From assembly GCA_037138855.1 (NCBI GenBank), contig JBAXHO010000003.1, positions 1-52,991 on the forward strand: a stretch of DNA of 52,991 bases, in the 5' to 3' direction. Positions 15,810-23,819 of this stretch are shown here, one piece after another. The notes below the pieces were generated by a model. It did not search any database and was not told the DNA's origin. It saw only the letters and a program-made list of their open reading frames with translations. Origin of the DNA: a bacterium. GTDB taxonomy: Bacteria; Patescibacteriota; Dojkabacteria; B142; OLB20. Within the stretch, counting starts at the first letter, position 1. Each line of letters opens with the position of its first letter. Both the position numbers and the translations under genes were made by a program.

Positions 15810-16135
15810 AAATATATAAAAAGATTAAGACTCTTTCTATTAACAAAGCGTTTCAAGGAAGAAGATTCAAAACGCCAGAATATAAAGCTTATGAGGAGGA
15901 ATTGCTCTACAATCTTCCCGCCTGTTTAAGCTTTCCAAATGCTCCTTATTCACTCTCCTTTGAGTTCGGATTTAGCAATAAAGCAAGTGATATAGATAAT
16001 CCTGTAAAAATCCTAGTGGATATAATGCAGAAAAAATATGGCTTCAATGACAAGGAAATTTATCATATGACTCTTGAGAAGAAGATTGTTTCCAAGGGTG
16101 AGGAATACTTTAAATTAGAAATTAAAACTTTGTAA
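15806..16135 (+). CDS. rusA: RusA-like Holliday junction resolvase
   Basis: LSINKAFQGRRFKT, SDIDNPVKILVD, GFNDKEI. Confidence 0.8.
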   Translation: MKIYKKIKTLSINKAFQGRRFKTPEYKAYEEELLYNLPACLSFPNAPYSLSFEFGFSNKASDIDNPVKILVDIMQKKYGFNDKEIYHMTLEKKIVSKGEEYFKLEIKTL

Positions 16136-16140
16136 AAATA

Positions 16141-16362
16141 ATGATTGACAATAAAACTGCGGCAAGGAAAATGCGTGGAAGACCTCGTAAAAATCCTGAA
16201 GATAAATATACAAGGGTTTATATTTCTAGTGACGTGAAAACGGACAACAAAATAAAAATCATGAAGAAAGCAAATAAAACTTTTTGCTATTCAAGAATTT
16301 TCCGCAAAGCAATGGAAAAAGAGTTTGAGATTTTTAAAAAAGATTTAAAGCTTGCCAGCTAA
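16141..16362 (+). CDS. Small DNA-binding protein (AT-hook plus ribbon-helix-helix-like)
   Basis: RGRPRK followed by RVYIS...SRIFRKAME. Confidence 0.6.
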   Translation: MIDNKTAARKMRGRPRKNPEDKYTRVYISSDVKTDNKIKIMKKANKTFCYSRIFRKAMEKEFEIFKKDLKLAS

Positions 16363-16372
16363 AGATTAGGCA

Positions 16373-16472
16373 AAAAATCTCGTAAGAGATAGACTGAAAA
16401 CAGTCTTCAACTGGGGCGGGATCAGAAAAGTTCTGTGAAATTGCTTTTCTGGTTCTGCTTCGTGAGTTTTTT
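16373..16472 (+). ncRNA. Structured element with a long G-U-rich hairpin
   Basis: agactg/cagtct hairpin and a 19-bp stem 16413-16431/16443-16461 with many G-U pairs, followed by a U tract. Confidence 0.5.
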
Positions 16473-16475
16473 TAT

Positions 16476-16604
16476 GGCAACGCTGTGCTGGAATAAGACA
16501 GTATGGCAATTTTTCCAAGAGTACAAGGCTCATTTTCGTTCAAATCGAAGAACATTGCCTAGACAGGAAAACAGTGCAGAGTGAAATTCTCTGCCAGCGT
16601 TGCT
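16476..16604 (+). ncRNA. Nested tRNA-like RNA (non-canonical)
   Basis: Outer acceptor ggcaacgctg/cagcgttgct, D-like tgctggaataagacag and T-like gcagag-tgaaatt-ctctgc; inner ggcaat/attgcc stem with T arm tttcg-TTCAAAT-cgaag. Confidence 0.65.
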
Positions 16605-16665
16605 TTAAAAAAACTTAAGCCAGCCTTGGCAAAGATGAAGGCAAATTAACAAACAAGGAGAACAC

Positions 16666-17595
16666 ATGACAAATAAAATGCCAGTAGTGGGGAAGAGATA
16701 TAGACCGTTACAAAAAGAAAGTTTTGTTTGGGCGGAATTTAAGAGGTTTAGTTTATTGAACGGCGGAGTAGTGATATTTTGTGATTTACAGCAAGTTTGT
16801 ACCGATGGAGTAAGTAATGGTTATTATTCTTGTCAATTGAAAGATTTTTGGGATCGCTTCGAAGAACTCCCAGAAGACAACTCGCAGGAACAAGAGGAAG
16901 TGCCAGAAGTTGCATCAAAAGATTTCATGGAAGGCTACAATGCTGGATGGAATGACTTTGGTTTTAAAAAAGATTATCGCTTTAAAGAGTCAACAGATAA
17001 TGAGCCGAAAGTCATCGAAAACACTAATCCAGTTGACTTTAAGAAGGAAGAAGTCAACGAAGTTGATAGGGCTTTGGGGGAGTTGAAAAGAGAAATAGCT
17101 CTATGTGGTGGCGGAATGAAACCAGCAGAAACAGAAGGAGAGAGACGGATGGCAAATGTTTTTTACTACTTCTTGGGAAAAGCGCAAAAACTTGTTGATG
17201 CTTTAGAAGCCGAAAAATCTGCAATGGACGCAGTAAAAGACACTTTAAAAGAAGGCATAAAGCAAATGAAAGATTTTAATGCTAAAATGGATGAGAAATA
17301 TCCAATGTCCAAACCAGAGCCTAAAATCGACACTAAAGAAGAATGTGTCGATCCAGTAAGCATTTGGAAAGATGTTAGTGAGTTGCCAGAGGGTTTATTG
17401 GATGAGGGGATTGTAAAATGGAGAAGAGGCGGTCATTCGTTAATGTTGACCGCTCAGGGAAAATTTTTTGATTCCTCAGGACACCGCGTTTCATCAGGTG
17501 AAAGTGTAGCAAAGTTTATTTCTCTCACCGACTTCATCAACTCCTTCGAGCAAATGCAGAAGGATATTGAGGATCTTGAAAGAAAATGGCAGTAA
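16666..17595 (+). CDS. Hypothetical mosaic protein
   Basis: SD aaggag; 309 aa; WKDVSELPE motif typical of DUF551-like phage modules. Confidence 0.7.
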   Translation: MTNKMPVVGKRYRPLQKESFVWAEFKRFSLLNGGVVIFCDLQQVCTDGVSNGYYSCQLKDFWDRFEELPEDNSQEQEEVPEVASKDFMEGYNAGWNDFGFKKDYRFKESTDNEPKVIENTNPVDFKKEEVNEVDRALGELKREIALCGGGMKPAETEGERRMANVFYYFLGKAQKLVDALEAEKSAMDAVKDTLKEGIKQMKDFNAKMDEKYPMSKPEPKIDTKEECVDPVSIWKDVSELPEGLLDEGIVKWRRGGHSLMLTAQGKFFDSSGHRVSSGESVAKFISLTDFINSFEQMQKDIEDLERKWQ

Positions 17596-17774
17596 TTTTA
17601 AGTAACGCAGTAGAGATAAATTATCACCCAGAGTTTCAAGGCAGAGACTTGCTTGAAATAAAAATAATTTACAAAGTTGATCGCGTAGAAGAAAATCTTG
17701 GAGAATTTTTATTAACTAAAGAAGCTGCCTTGGAATTGGCTGAAGATATAATGAGGCACTTTAAGATAAGCTAA
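17586..17774 (+). CDS. Hypothetical protein (last + strand gene)
   Basis: Overlaps the previous stop. Confidence 0.55.
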   Translation: MAVILSNAVEINYHPEFQGRDLLEIKIIYKVDRVEENLGEFLLTKEAALELAEDIMRHFKIS

Positions 17775-17777
17775 TGC

Positions 17778-18053
17778 TTATTTCCTAGACCGCCACAACC
17801 AAACACCAGTTATTGCCAAAGTAATTCCAGCAGCCCAATAACTTAAATAATAAAGCACCCAAAGCCCAACAATAACAATCAGGGGCAAAAAATAACGCCA
17901 TGTTTTCTCAAGTCCTAGTCTGTCCCATTCGGATTGTGTAATTAGATTGACAAGGAAAGCCTTGGTAGCAGCTAAAAATCTTTTTGTAAGAGATTCTACT
18001 TTTGCTTTGTCAATTATTATTTGATCGGGCGTTTCTTTAATTGGGGATTTCAT
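17778..18053 (-). CDS. Membrane protein
   Basis: C-terminal hydrophobic hairpin. Confidence 0.6.
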   Translation of the reverse strand: MKSPIKETPDQIIIDKAKVESLTKRFLAATKAFLVNLITQSEWDRLGLEKTWRYFLPLIVIVGLWVLYYLSYWAAGITLAITGVWLWRSRK

Positions 18054-18059
18054 ATAAAT

Positions 18060-18353
18060 TTATCTAAAGGTGTCGAATTGTCGTATTTTATTGGAATTAA
18101 TACTTGGCTGTTGTAAAATTATTTCTTTTACATCTTTAGCTATTTTACCAGATAAAGCCAAAATTTCATCTAAATCTAATTCTAAGGTATGACAAAGCAT
18201 TTTGATTTTTTCGTAACCAATTGAACTTTGACTTTTTTTTTCGATTAAACAAATAAGGCTAGGAGAAACTGAAATTGTTTTAGCTAGTTGCCTAATTCCA
18301 ATTTTTCTATTTAGCCTATTTTCCCTAATGATTTCTCCTAAAGTTTTTTGCAT
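18060..18353 (-). CDS. XRE-family HTH regulator
   Basis: LGEIIRENR...IRQLAKTISVSPSLICLIEK. Confidence 0.85.
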   Translation of the reverse strand: MQKTLGEIIRENRLNRKIGIRQLAKTISVSPSLICLIEKKSQSSIGYEKIKMLCHTLELDLDEILALSGKIAKDVKEIILQQPSINSNKIRQFDTFR

Positions 18354-19267
18354 TTTGAATGTATGATTGAAATTATAATAAATGTCGCCCCTATTAAGCC
18401 CGTAACTATTTCAGAAACATGAAATTTAGTGCTTAATAACATTATTATTGCAAGTGATCCGATGCCAAAAAAAGCACCAGATTCTAAATAAATATAATTT
18501 TGTAATGTTTTGTTTTGAACTAATTTAATTGTCAAAGTTCTTATAAACATAGCACCAATTCCAAGCCCTAACATAATAATAAAAATATCATTACTGATAG
18601 CAAAAGCACCTATAACACCATCCAAAGAAAAAGAAGCATCTAGCACTTCCAAATACATAAAAGAAGCAAATCCTATGGCTTCTATTGATCTTGAGTTTTT
18701 ACCAAAATAATCAGCAATTTTTTTTATTAAAACAAAAGTAACAATTCCTAAAATTGCAGAAATTATTGAAAGCGGAAGAAATGCAAAAACTACAATTAAT
18801 GTTAAAAAACTTCCGATCCAAAAATTAATCTTTGAAAGATATTTTTCTCCAAAAATCCAAAAAACTTGTTTTTCTATATTAAAAATAAATTTTAAGAAAA
18901 CCATCAATAAAAAAATTCCACCAAAAGAAGCGATCTTGTTATGCGCGGCAACTAATTTATTTTTATATTCATCTGGGAAATTAATGGCAATATTTATAAC
19001 TTCTAAAAAGTTAATATTTCCAGCAAAAGAAACTATTGCAATTGGAAATATTAAACGCATTCCAAAAACTGCGATTAATATTCCCCATGTTAGAAATCTT
19101 TTTTGCCATTTTTGCGACATATTTTTTAAAATAGATGCATTTACTACGGCGTTATCAAATGATAAAGACACTTCAAGAATACCTAATATAATAACTAAAA
19201 ACAAAGCTTTTAATCCGCCTACAAAAAAAGCTAAAATAATCGCTAAAAGTGACAAAAAATAAATCAT
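18338..19267 (-). CDS. TerC-like integral membrane protein (DUF475)
   Basis: LEVSLSFDNAVVNA, WGILIAVFGMRL, YLEVLDASFSLDGVIGAFA and YLESGA motifs. Confidence 0.9.
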   Translation of the reverse strand: MIYFLSLLAIILAFFVGGLKALFLVIILGILEVSLSFDNAVVNASILKNMSQKWQKRFLTWGILIAVFGMRLIFPIAIVSFAGNINFLEVINIAINFPDEYKNKLVAAHNKIASFGGIFLLMVFLKFIFNIEKQVFWIFGEKYLSKINFWIGSFLTLIVVFAFLPLSIISAILGIVTFVLIKKIADYFGKNSRSIEAIGFASFMYLEVLDASFSLDGVIGAFAISNDIFIIMLGLGIGAMFIRTLTIKLVQNKTLQNYIYLESGAFFGIGSLAIIMLLSTKFHVSEIVTGLIGATFIIISIIHSKCKKL

Positions 19268-19470
19268 TTTTTTCCTTGTGTTTTTTTAATTTTATCTGTC
19301 CACAGCTTAAATTTTTCACTAAAAGAAGCTTCTGGCAAAAAAAGCAAAGCAACAAATAAGAAAAATAATCCACTATGCCAATTGATTAATTGAAAAAATA
19401 ATCCAATTAATCCGATCAAAGCAGTAGTTTTATCCAATTGCTTAATCAGAAATTTTATAATATTTTCCAT
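19264..19470 (-). CDS. Small two-TM membrane protein
   Basis: SD gagga; two hydrophobic segments; overlaps the TerC-like start. Confidence 0.65.
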   Translation of the reverse strand: MENIIKFLIKQLDKTTALIGLIGLFFQLINWHSGLFFLFVALLFLPEASFSEKFKLWTDKIKKTQGKK

Positions 19471-19479
19471 TTTATCCTC

Positions 19480-19513
19480 AAAAAAAAAGACAAGGACTTT
19501 TACGCCCTTGTCT
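19480..19513 (-). terminator. Intrinsic terminator after the vWA gene
   Basis: agacaagg-loop-ccttgtct followed by a long T run on the - strand. Confidence 0.75.
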
Positions 19514-19524
19514 AAAATTAATAA

Positions 19525-20133
19525 TTAATCATTTAATGCGCCAGCAAAAGCAGAAATAAAATCTACTTCTTCAAGAGTTTTAACGTCAACAATATCATAT
19601 TTAGCTCCTTTTAGATCATCATCCAAAGAAGTTAAAAATGCTTTTAAAGCAGGTGAGATATTTCCAACAGTTAAAAAGCTGATATTAAATTCGCGTTCAT
19701 CTAATACATCAAGAGTAATGTCGATGATTGCTTTTTTTACAGCTTCTTGGTCATTAGGTTCGCCATCAGTAGCAACAAAAAGAACCGTTTGTTCTTTTCT
19801 ACCACCATCTTTTCCGCTAGTTTTGTGAAGAAGATAAGCTTGCTTAATAAGTTCTGCGGTATTAGTTGACATTTCATTCGCTTTAAAGCTGCCAATAACT
19901 TCACTTGCTTTTTCTGCGGTAATTCCACGATAAGAAGTAATTTGATGTCCGAAAGCCAAAACATCAATTCCGTCTTCATCATATTTTGAAGCTTCATTTG
20001 CAAATTGAATAGTTTTTTCTTTCAAAAATTCAATACGAGATAATCCATTTGGACAATCATTTGTTTGCATTGAACCTGATACGTCTACACCGAAAATAAA
20101 ATTGTCGCCTTTGTTTAATTCTAAGTTGCTCAT
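19525..20133 (-). CDS. vWA-domain protein (Ter-associated type)
   Basis: MIDAS motif DVSGSM, plus TDGEP and FLTSLDDDL...DIVD. Confidence 0.88.
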   Translation of the reverse strand: MSNLELNKGDNFIFGVDVSGSMQTNDCPNGLSRIEFLKEKTIQFANEASKYDEDGIDVLAFGHQITSYRGITAEKASEVIGSFKANEMSTNTAELIKQAYLLHKTSGKDGGRKEQTVLFVATDGEPNDQEAVKKAIIDITLDVLDEREFNISFLTVGNISPALKAFLTSLDDDLKGAKYDIVDVKTLEEVDFISAFAGALND

Positions 20134-20189
20134 TTTAAATATAAATTTAATTAATAGTTAATTGTTAGCATAAACAGCTAACACAGCAC

Positions 20190-20217
20190 AACATAAAAAT
20201 GTTTTTTTGTATGTCAA
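20190..20217 (-). promoter_or_regulatory. Sigma70 promoter of the vWA/TerC moron
   Basis: TTGACA-N16-TATGTT on the - strand. Confidence 0.55.
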
Positions 20218-20240
20218 ACACTTTTTTTAAAAAAGTTTAT

Positions 20241-20642
20241 CTAAAGTTTATCTGGTTTAAGACGATAAATAGCGAAAGGAGGGTTTTTATCTCTAATTTT
20301 ACCGCCATACATATCACGCTGCACAAAATCAGAAATCCAGCCCTTTGAGGTATTCATGCAGATATGTCCATAAGGCTCGTATTGAATAATAGCAACATCC
20401 CCTAATTCTGATTTGTAATCTTCTTTCTTTTGCTCAGGAAAACTAAAGACTTTTTTAAATCTTAACGCTTCATAAGCAGGAGCGCAATTCTTAGCAGTAG
20501 GGAATTTTTGGACAGCAACACCAAAACCAAAATCGCAAGCACTTCTAACAAACGCAGCGCAATGCCCGCAAGTGTCTTTATTGTAAGACGGAAAGGCTTT
20601 AGTGATTAAATATTGACAGGCTTTTTCTAGTCTTTTATCCAT
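20241..20642 (-). CDS. Endolysin, Cys-His (CHAP/NlpC-P60-like) amidase
   Basis: CAAFVR, GDVAI, YGHICM and WISDFVQ; follows the holin and spanin genes. Confidence 0.8.
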   Translation of the reverse strand: MDKRLEKACQYLITKAFPSYNKDTCGHCAAFVRSACDFGFGVAVQKFPTAKNCAPAYEALRFKKVFSFPEQKKEDYKSELGDVAIIQYEPYGHICMNTSKGWISDFVQRDMYGGKIRDKNPPFAIYRLKPDKL

Positions 20643-20643
20643 G

Positions 20644-20874
20644 CTAATCTACGCAGTAAGATTGTTCATCGTGAGTAAGACTATCAATACAATAATCGCA
20701 AGCAAATTCATTATTTGCAATCTTTGCATCTTTGTCGGCAATAGAATATTGAATCGAAGGGTAAAAATATTCTAAATGCGCGCCGTAACACAAATCTTTA
20801 CTTGGTTCTTTTTGTGTATTTTTGCACGAGTTTAGCGCGCTCAGCATCAGTAAGCTTGCGAGAATGATCCACAT
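20644..20874 (-). CDS. o-spanin-like lipoprotein (Rz1-like)
   Basis: MWIILASLLMLSALNS-C lipobox; overlaps the 3' end of the i-spanin. Confidence 0.7.
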   Translation of the reverse strand: MWIILASLLMLSALNSCKNTQKEPSKDLCYGAHLEYFYPSIQYSIADKDAKIANNEFACDYCIDSLTHDEQSYCVD

Positions 20875-21007
20875 ATTTATTCTTTTTTTGAACTTGTCTT
20901 GCCACATATTTATTTTCTAAAATTTGAATTGATTCTTTGCCTTTCAAAAAGCCGTATGCTAAAGCTGCTAAAATAGCTCCAAGAATTGCCAAAATTTTAT
21001 TTATCAT
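20798..21007 (-). CDS. i-spanin-like protein (Rz-like)
   Basis: N-terminal TM followed by a helical domain; in the lysis cassette. Confidence 0.65.
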   Translation of the reverse strand: MINKILAILGAILAALAYGFLKGKESIQILENKYVARQVQKKNKYVDHSRKLTDAERAKLVQKYTKRTK

Positions 21008-21251
21008 GTTTTGTAAATTTATCTATAATAGTTCCAAAAAGCAAAGCAATTCCCGAATAAATCAAGCTATCAAAAGAATTATCTATATTTGAGAAATTAA
21101 CAAGCAAAGTCTCAATATGAGTAGCTGCGTAAATATTTAAAGCAACTTTTCCCAAAAGTCCAGTGCCAATGAGAGTTACGCCAACAACTCGCTTAAGACT
21201 AAGCTTGCCGCTTTTTTCACAAAGGATTGATAATTTACTTTTTTTCATCAA
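20997..21251 (-). CDS. Putative holin
   Basis: Two TM segments; SGKLSLKRV start; lysis cassette. Confidence 0.6.
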   Translation of the reverse strand: MMKKSKLSILCEKSGKLSLKRVVGVTLIGTGLLGKVALNIYAATHIETLLVNFSNIDNSFDSLIYSGIALLFGTIIDKFTKHDK

Positions 21252-21561
21252 ATCGTCTATGAATATTATCTACTTCTTTTCCAAAAAGTTCTTTAACATG
21301 TGTAAATCCCATGTCGATCGCATTTGTTAAAGTAGTTTCTAATTTATCCATTTTCGCATAAACAGAATTAGTTACATTTGTAAAATCATGTCTTACAATG
21401 GAGTTTTTGTGTTCAGCTTCTTTTAGAACTGCAACTTCTTGCTCAAGCCTCTTAAAAGTTAAATTCCAAAAGGTTTTACCGACAATAGCAATAACGAAAT
21501 TAACGCCAGCAATAATGAAAGCAGCAATTCCAGCTAGTTTGTATAAAGAATCTAAATCCAT
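21235..21561 (-). CDS. Membrane protein, TM plus coiled coil (holin/antiholin-like)
   Basis: Single N-terminal TM; first gene of the lysis cassette. Confidence 0.55.
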   Translation of the reverse strand: MDLDSLYKLAGIAAFIIAGVNFVIAIVGKTFWNLTFKRLEQEVAVLKEAEHKNSIVRHDFTNVTNSVYAKMDKLETTLTNAIDMGFTHVKELFGKEVDNIHRRFDEKK

Positions 21562-21564
21562 ATA

Positions 21565-21900
21565 TTATTCTGAATCTGCTTCTTTTTGAAGCTTTCTAAT
21601 ATAAGAAACTATTGCAACGAAAAGGTCTTTTAATAACATGCTTTCGCCAATAGTTTCTCCAGTAATTGGATCAATCAATTCAAAAGTATCTGAATCAATT
21701 TGTGAAAGACTTATTATTTTATCAAGATTATTTGAGTAGCCTTGAATAATATTAGTGTCTCCTTTGGAGTCAACAATGGCTTCGACTTCGCTAATCGTCA
21801 ATCTAACTCTTTCAGATTCGGAAATTCCGTATCTAATAATGATTTCTTGACCTCTGATGAATGGTTTTCCTAAAGTAGTGTTATAATTTCTGTTAGTCAT
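21565..21900 (-). CDS. Hypothetical tail-associated protein
   Basis: Position after the tail genes; SD aagga. Confidence 0.6.
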   Translation of the reverse strand: MTNRNYNTTLGKPFIRGQEIIIRYGISESERVRLTISEVEAIVDSKGDTNIIQGYSNNLDKIISLSQIDSDTFELIDPITGETIGESMLLKDLFVAIVSYIRKLQKEADSE

Positions 21901-21924
21901 TTTGTTCCTTGTTTTTTTAGTTGA

Positions 21925-22974
21925 TTAGAATGATTGATATCCGCGAGCATTAAAATAGATAGCACCAGTTGTACCAGTAGCCGTTAAAGTAGCAACTTCT
22001 AATAACGTAGCTGCTGTACCTTTTAAAGGTGTTGGAAACTCTATATTAGTAGTTGGCAACCCTGTAGTTGGTATTTTTGTCCTAAAAATAACAGTTCCGG
22101 CCGCGCCATCCCGAATTACTAACTCTGTAGCAGTAGTTAAAACTTCCGCCATAATAGTTATCGCAGTTATGTAATTCCTAATAGAAGCAGCACCAGCGGC
22201 TTTTATTGTTACAGCTGTTGTTGTATTAACTATCCCAGAAGCAGCGGCCGCATATTGCCAGTCATTTTCTGCTGATCCAAATGGTTTTTGAATAACTTGT
22301 CCTGCAGAAGTAATCATTACATCTGATGCGTCCCCTTGGATTAGGGTTGTATCTAAGGTAGTATTGACGCGACCAGCAACTCTAACTGGTGATCCAGTTG
22401 ATGCAGAAGAATGAGCGGTTTGTCCATTTGCCAGAGTTCCTACTGAAGTAACAGCTCCTGAAGCAATTACTGACGTTGTATTTAAGTTGCCAGCAGTATT
22501 TTGTGCTATTTGATTTACAGCTGGCGCAAAAGGCGTTTGCATAAATTTAGAAAACGCTTGTATTGAACCACCAGTTATTGTAGTAGCAATTCTTAAGCGA
22601 ATATACCTAAAATTTACAGGCAAACTATAGCCAATTGATGATGCTGTTGCAGTAATTGCAGCACTTATTGGGGTTCCTGTTACTACGCTCTGGTTATATG
22701 CTAAGATGGTTACGAAATTGACATTATCGTTTGATCCTTCAAAGATAAATGTTCCGCCAGTTCCTGTTGATATTACTTGGATCATTGCTGATCTGTAGCC
22801 AGTTGCGTCTGTTGCCGCTGTTCCTGCTGTTGTAGATAAGATGTTGTTTACAACTGCTGTTTGAGCTGATTGACCAACAATGTAAAGGTCTTGAACATTT
22901 TCTTCAGATAATGTTACTGGCATTGAAGCCGCAGCAGCAGCTTGTCCATTAGGATTATTTGGATTGTAAGCCAT
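21925..22974 (-). CDS. Virion structural protein (Thr/Ala/Gly-rich, beta-sandwich or fibre-like)
   Basis: Composition and FEGSNDNVNF...FRYIRLRI motif; tail region. Confidence 0.65.
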   Translation of the reverse strand: MAYNPNNPNGQAAAAASMPVTLSEENVQDLYIVGQSAQTAVVNNILSTTAGTAATDATGYRSAMIQVISTGTGGTFIFEGSNDNVNFVTILAYNQSVVTGTPISAAITATASSIGYSLPVNFRYIRLRIATTITGGSIQAFSKFMQTPFAPAVNQIAQNTAGNLNTTSVIASGAVTSVGTLANGQTAHSSASTGSPVRVAGRVNTTLDTTLIQGDASDVMITSAGQVIQKPFGSAENDWQYAAAASGIVNTTTAVTIKAAGAASIRNYITAITIMAEVLTTATELVIRDGAAGTVIFRTKIPTTGLPTTNIEFPTPLKGTAATLLEVATLTATGTTGAIYFNARGYQSF

Positions 22975-22976
22975 AT

Positions 22977-23309
22977 TTAAAAGATATTATAATTAGTATT
23001 GTTTGAAATAAATTGTAGAGCTTGGTAAGATGTGATTGTAATAGATGTTGATCCATCGGCGTTCTGACCGCCTGTAAAAGTTACAGTGATGTTAGATGTA
23101 TGTCTATTTTTAACCATAAAAATTGCTGTATTTCCTACCGCCGTAGGTAATGTTAAACTGCCAGCTCCAGTAAATTCATAAACCACAATTCCACTTGTCG
23201 TAGTAGCTGTAATAGCCCCGCTTTGCCCATTGTTGGTTATTATTTCAATGCCGCCGCCACCGCCAGTTGAAGCAACAGGACTATAATTAAAAGGAGAATT
23301 TTTGGACAT
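22977..23309 (-). CDS. Small tail-fibre-associated protein
   Basis: LTLPTAVG...VKN pattern common in fibre modules. Confidence 0.6.
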   Translation of the reverse strand: MSKNSPFNYSPVASTGGGGGIEIITNNGQSGAITATTTSGIVVYEFTGAGSLTLPTAVGNTAIFMVKNRHTSNITVTFTGGQNADGSTSITITSYQALQFISNNTNYNIF

Positions 23310-23314
23310 GATTA

Positions 23315-23818
23315 TTAAAAGTTAATGTTAATTGCGTTCAATTCTTCTAAAGTTGTGCAAGCGTTTATTTCCGCCAACTTGTCAGTGTAAAGAGTAAATA
23401 AATTCTGATCTCTAACGTCTAAGTGATTGGCTAAAGTTTTAAATTGATCTAAATTTAAATCTAATCTATTGTTGTCAATATCTGTCCATTGCGCCGTAGT
23501 GCCAGCAATAGCATTTTGAAGTCGAATAATTCGAGAGTTTAAAATTGCTATGTCAGGAATTTTAAGTTTAAAAGTGCGAGCAACTCCATCAATTTCATAA
23601 ACTTGCAATGAACTTGGTTTTGGGGTTTCAACTTCCATTTCGCTGGTGCGGTTGGCTTTTAATTGATTTATTTTAATTTGTTTTTGTAAGTTTAATTGAT
23701 TAAGCAATTCTTCTTCGCTTAATGGCTGATTAAATTCTGCAATTTCGCTTTCAATCAATAGAATTGCTATTCCATTAACCAATTTATGAGGTTGTAATTT
23801 TATTTCTTCTTGAGTCAT
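23315..23818 (-). CDS. Tail fibre assembly chaperone (DUF4376-like)
   Basis: WTDIDNNRLDL and INACTTLEELNAI; directly after the tail fibre. Confidence 0.7.
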   Translation of the reverse strand: MTQEEIKLQPHKLVNGIAILLIESEIAEFNQPLSEEELLNQLNLQKQIKINQLKANRTSEMEVETPKPSSLQVYEIDGVARTFKLKIPDIAILNSRIIRLQNAIAGTTAQWTDIDNNRLDLNLDQFKTLANHLDVRDQNLFTLYTDKLAEINACTTLEELNAININF

Positions 23819-23819
23819 A

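Noticed and set aside
16513-16519. TTCCAAG as a tRNA-Trp (CCA) anticodon loop
   Set aside because: The flanks form only 2 bp of an anticodon stem and the triplet lies in the D-like region of the inner fold, so this is not a canonical tRNA-Trp
18060-18353. XRE HTH as the phage CI repressor
   Set aside because: It lies at the end of the Ter-like moron, overlaps the TerC-like gene, lacks a peptidase domain and has no divergent cro partner
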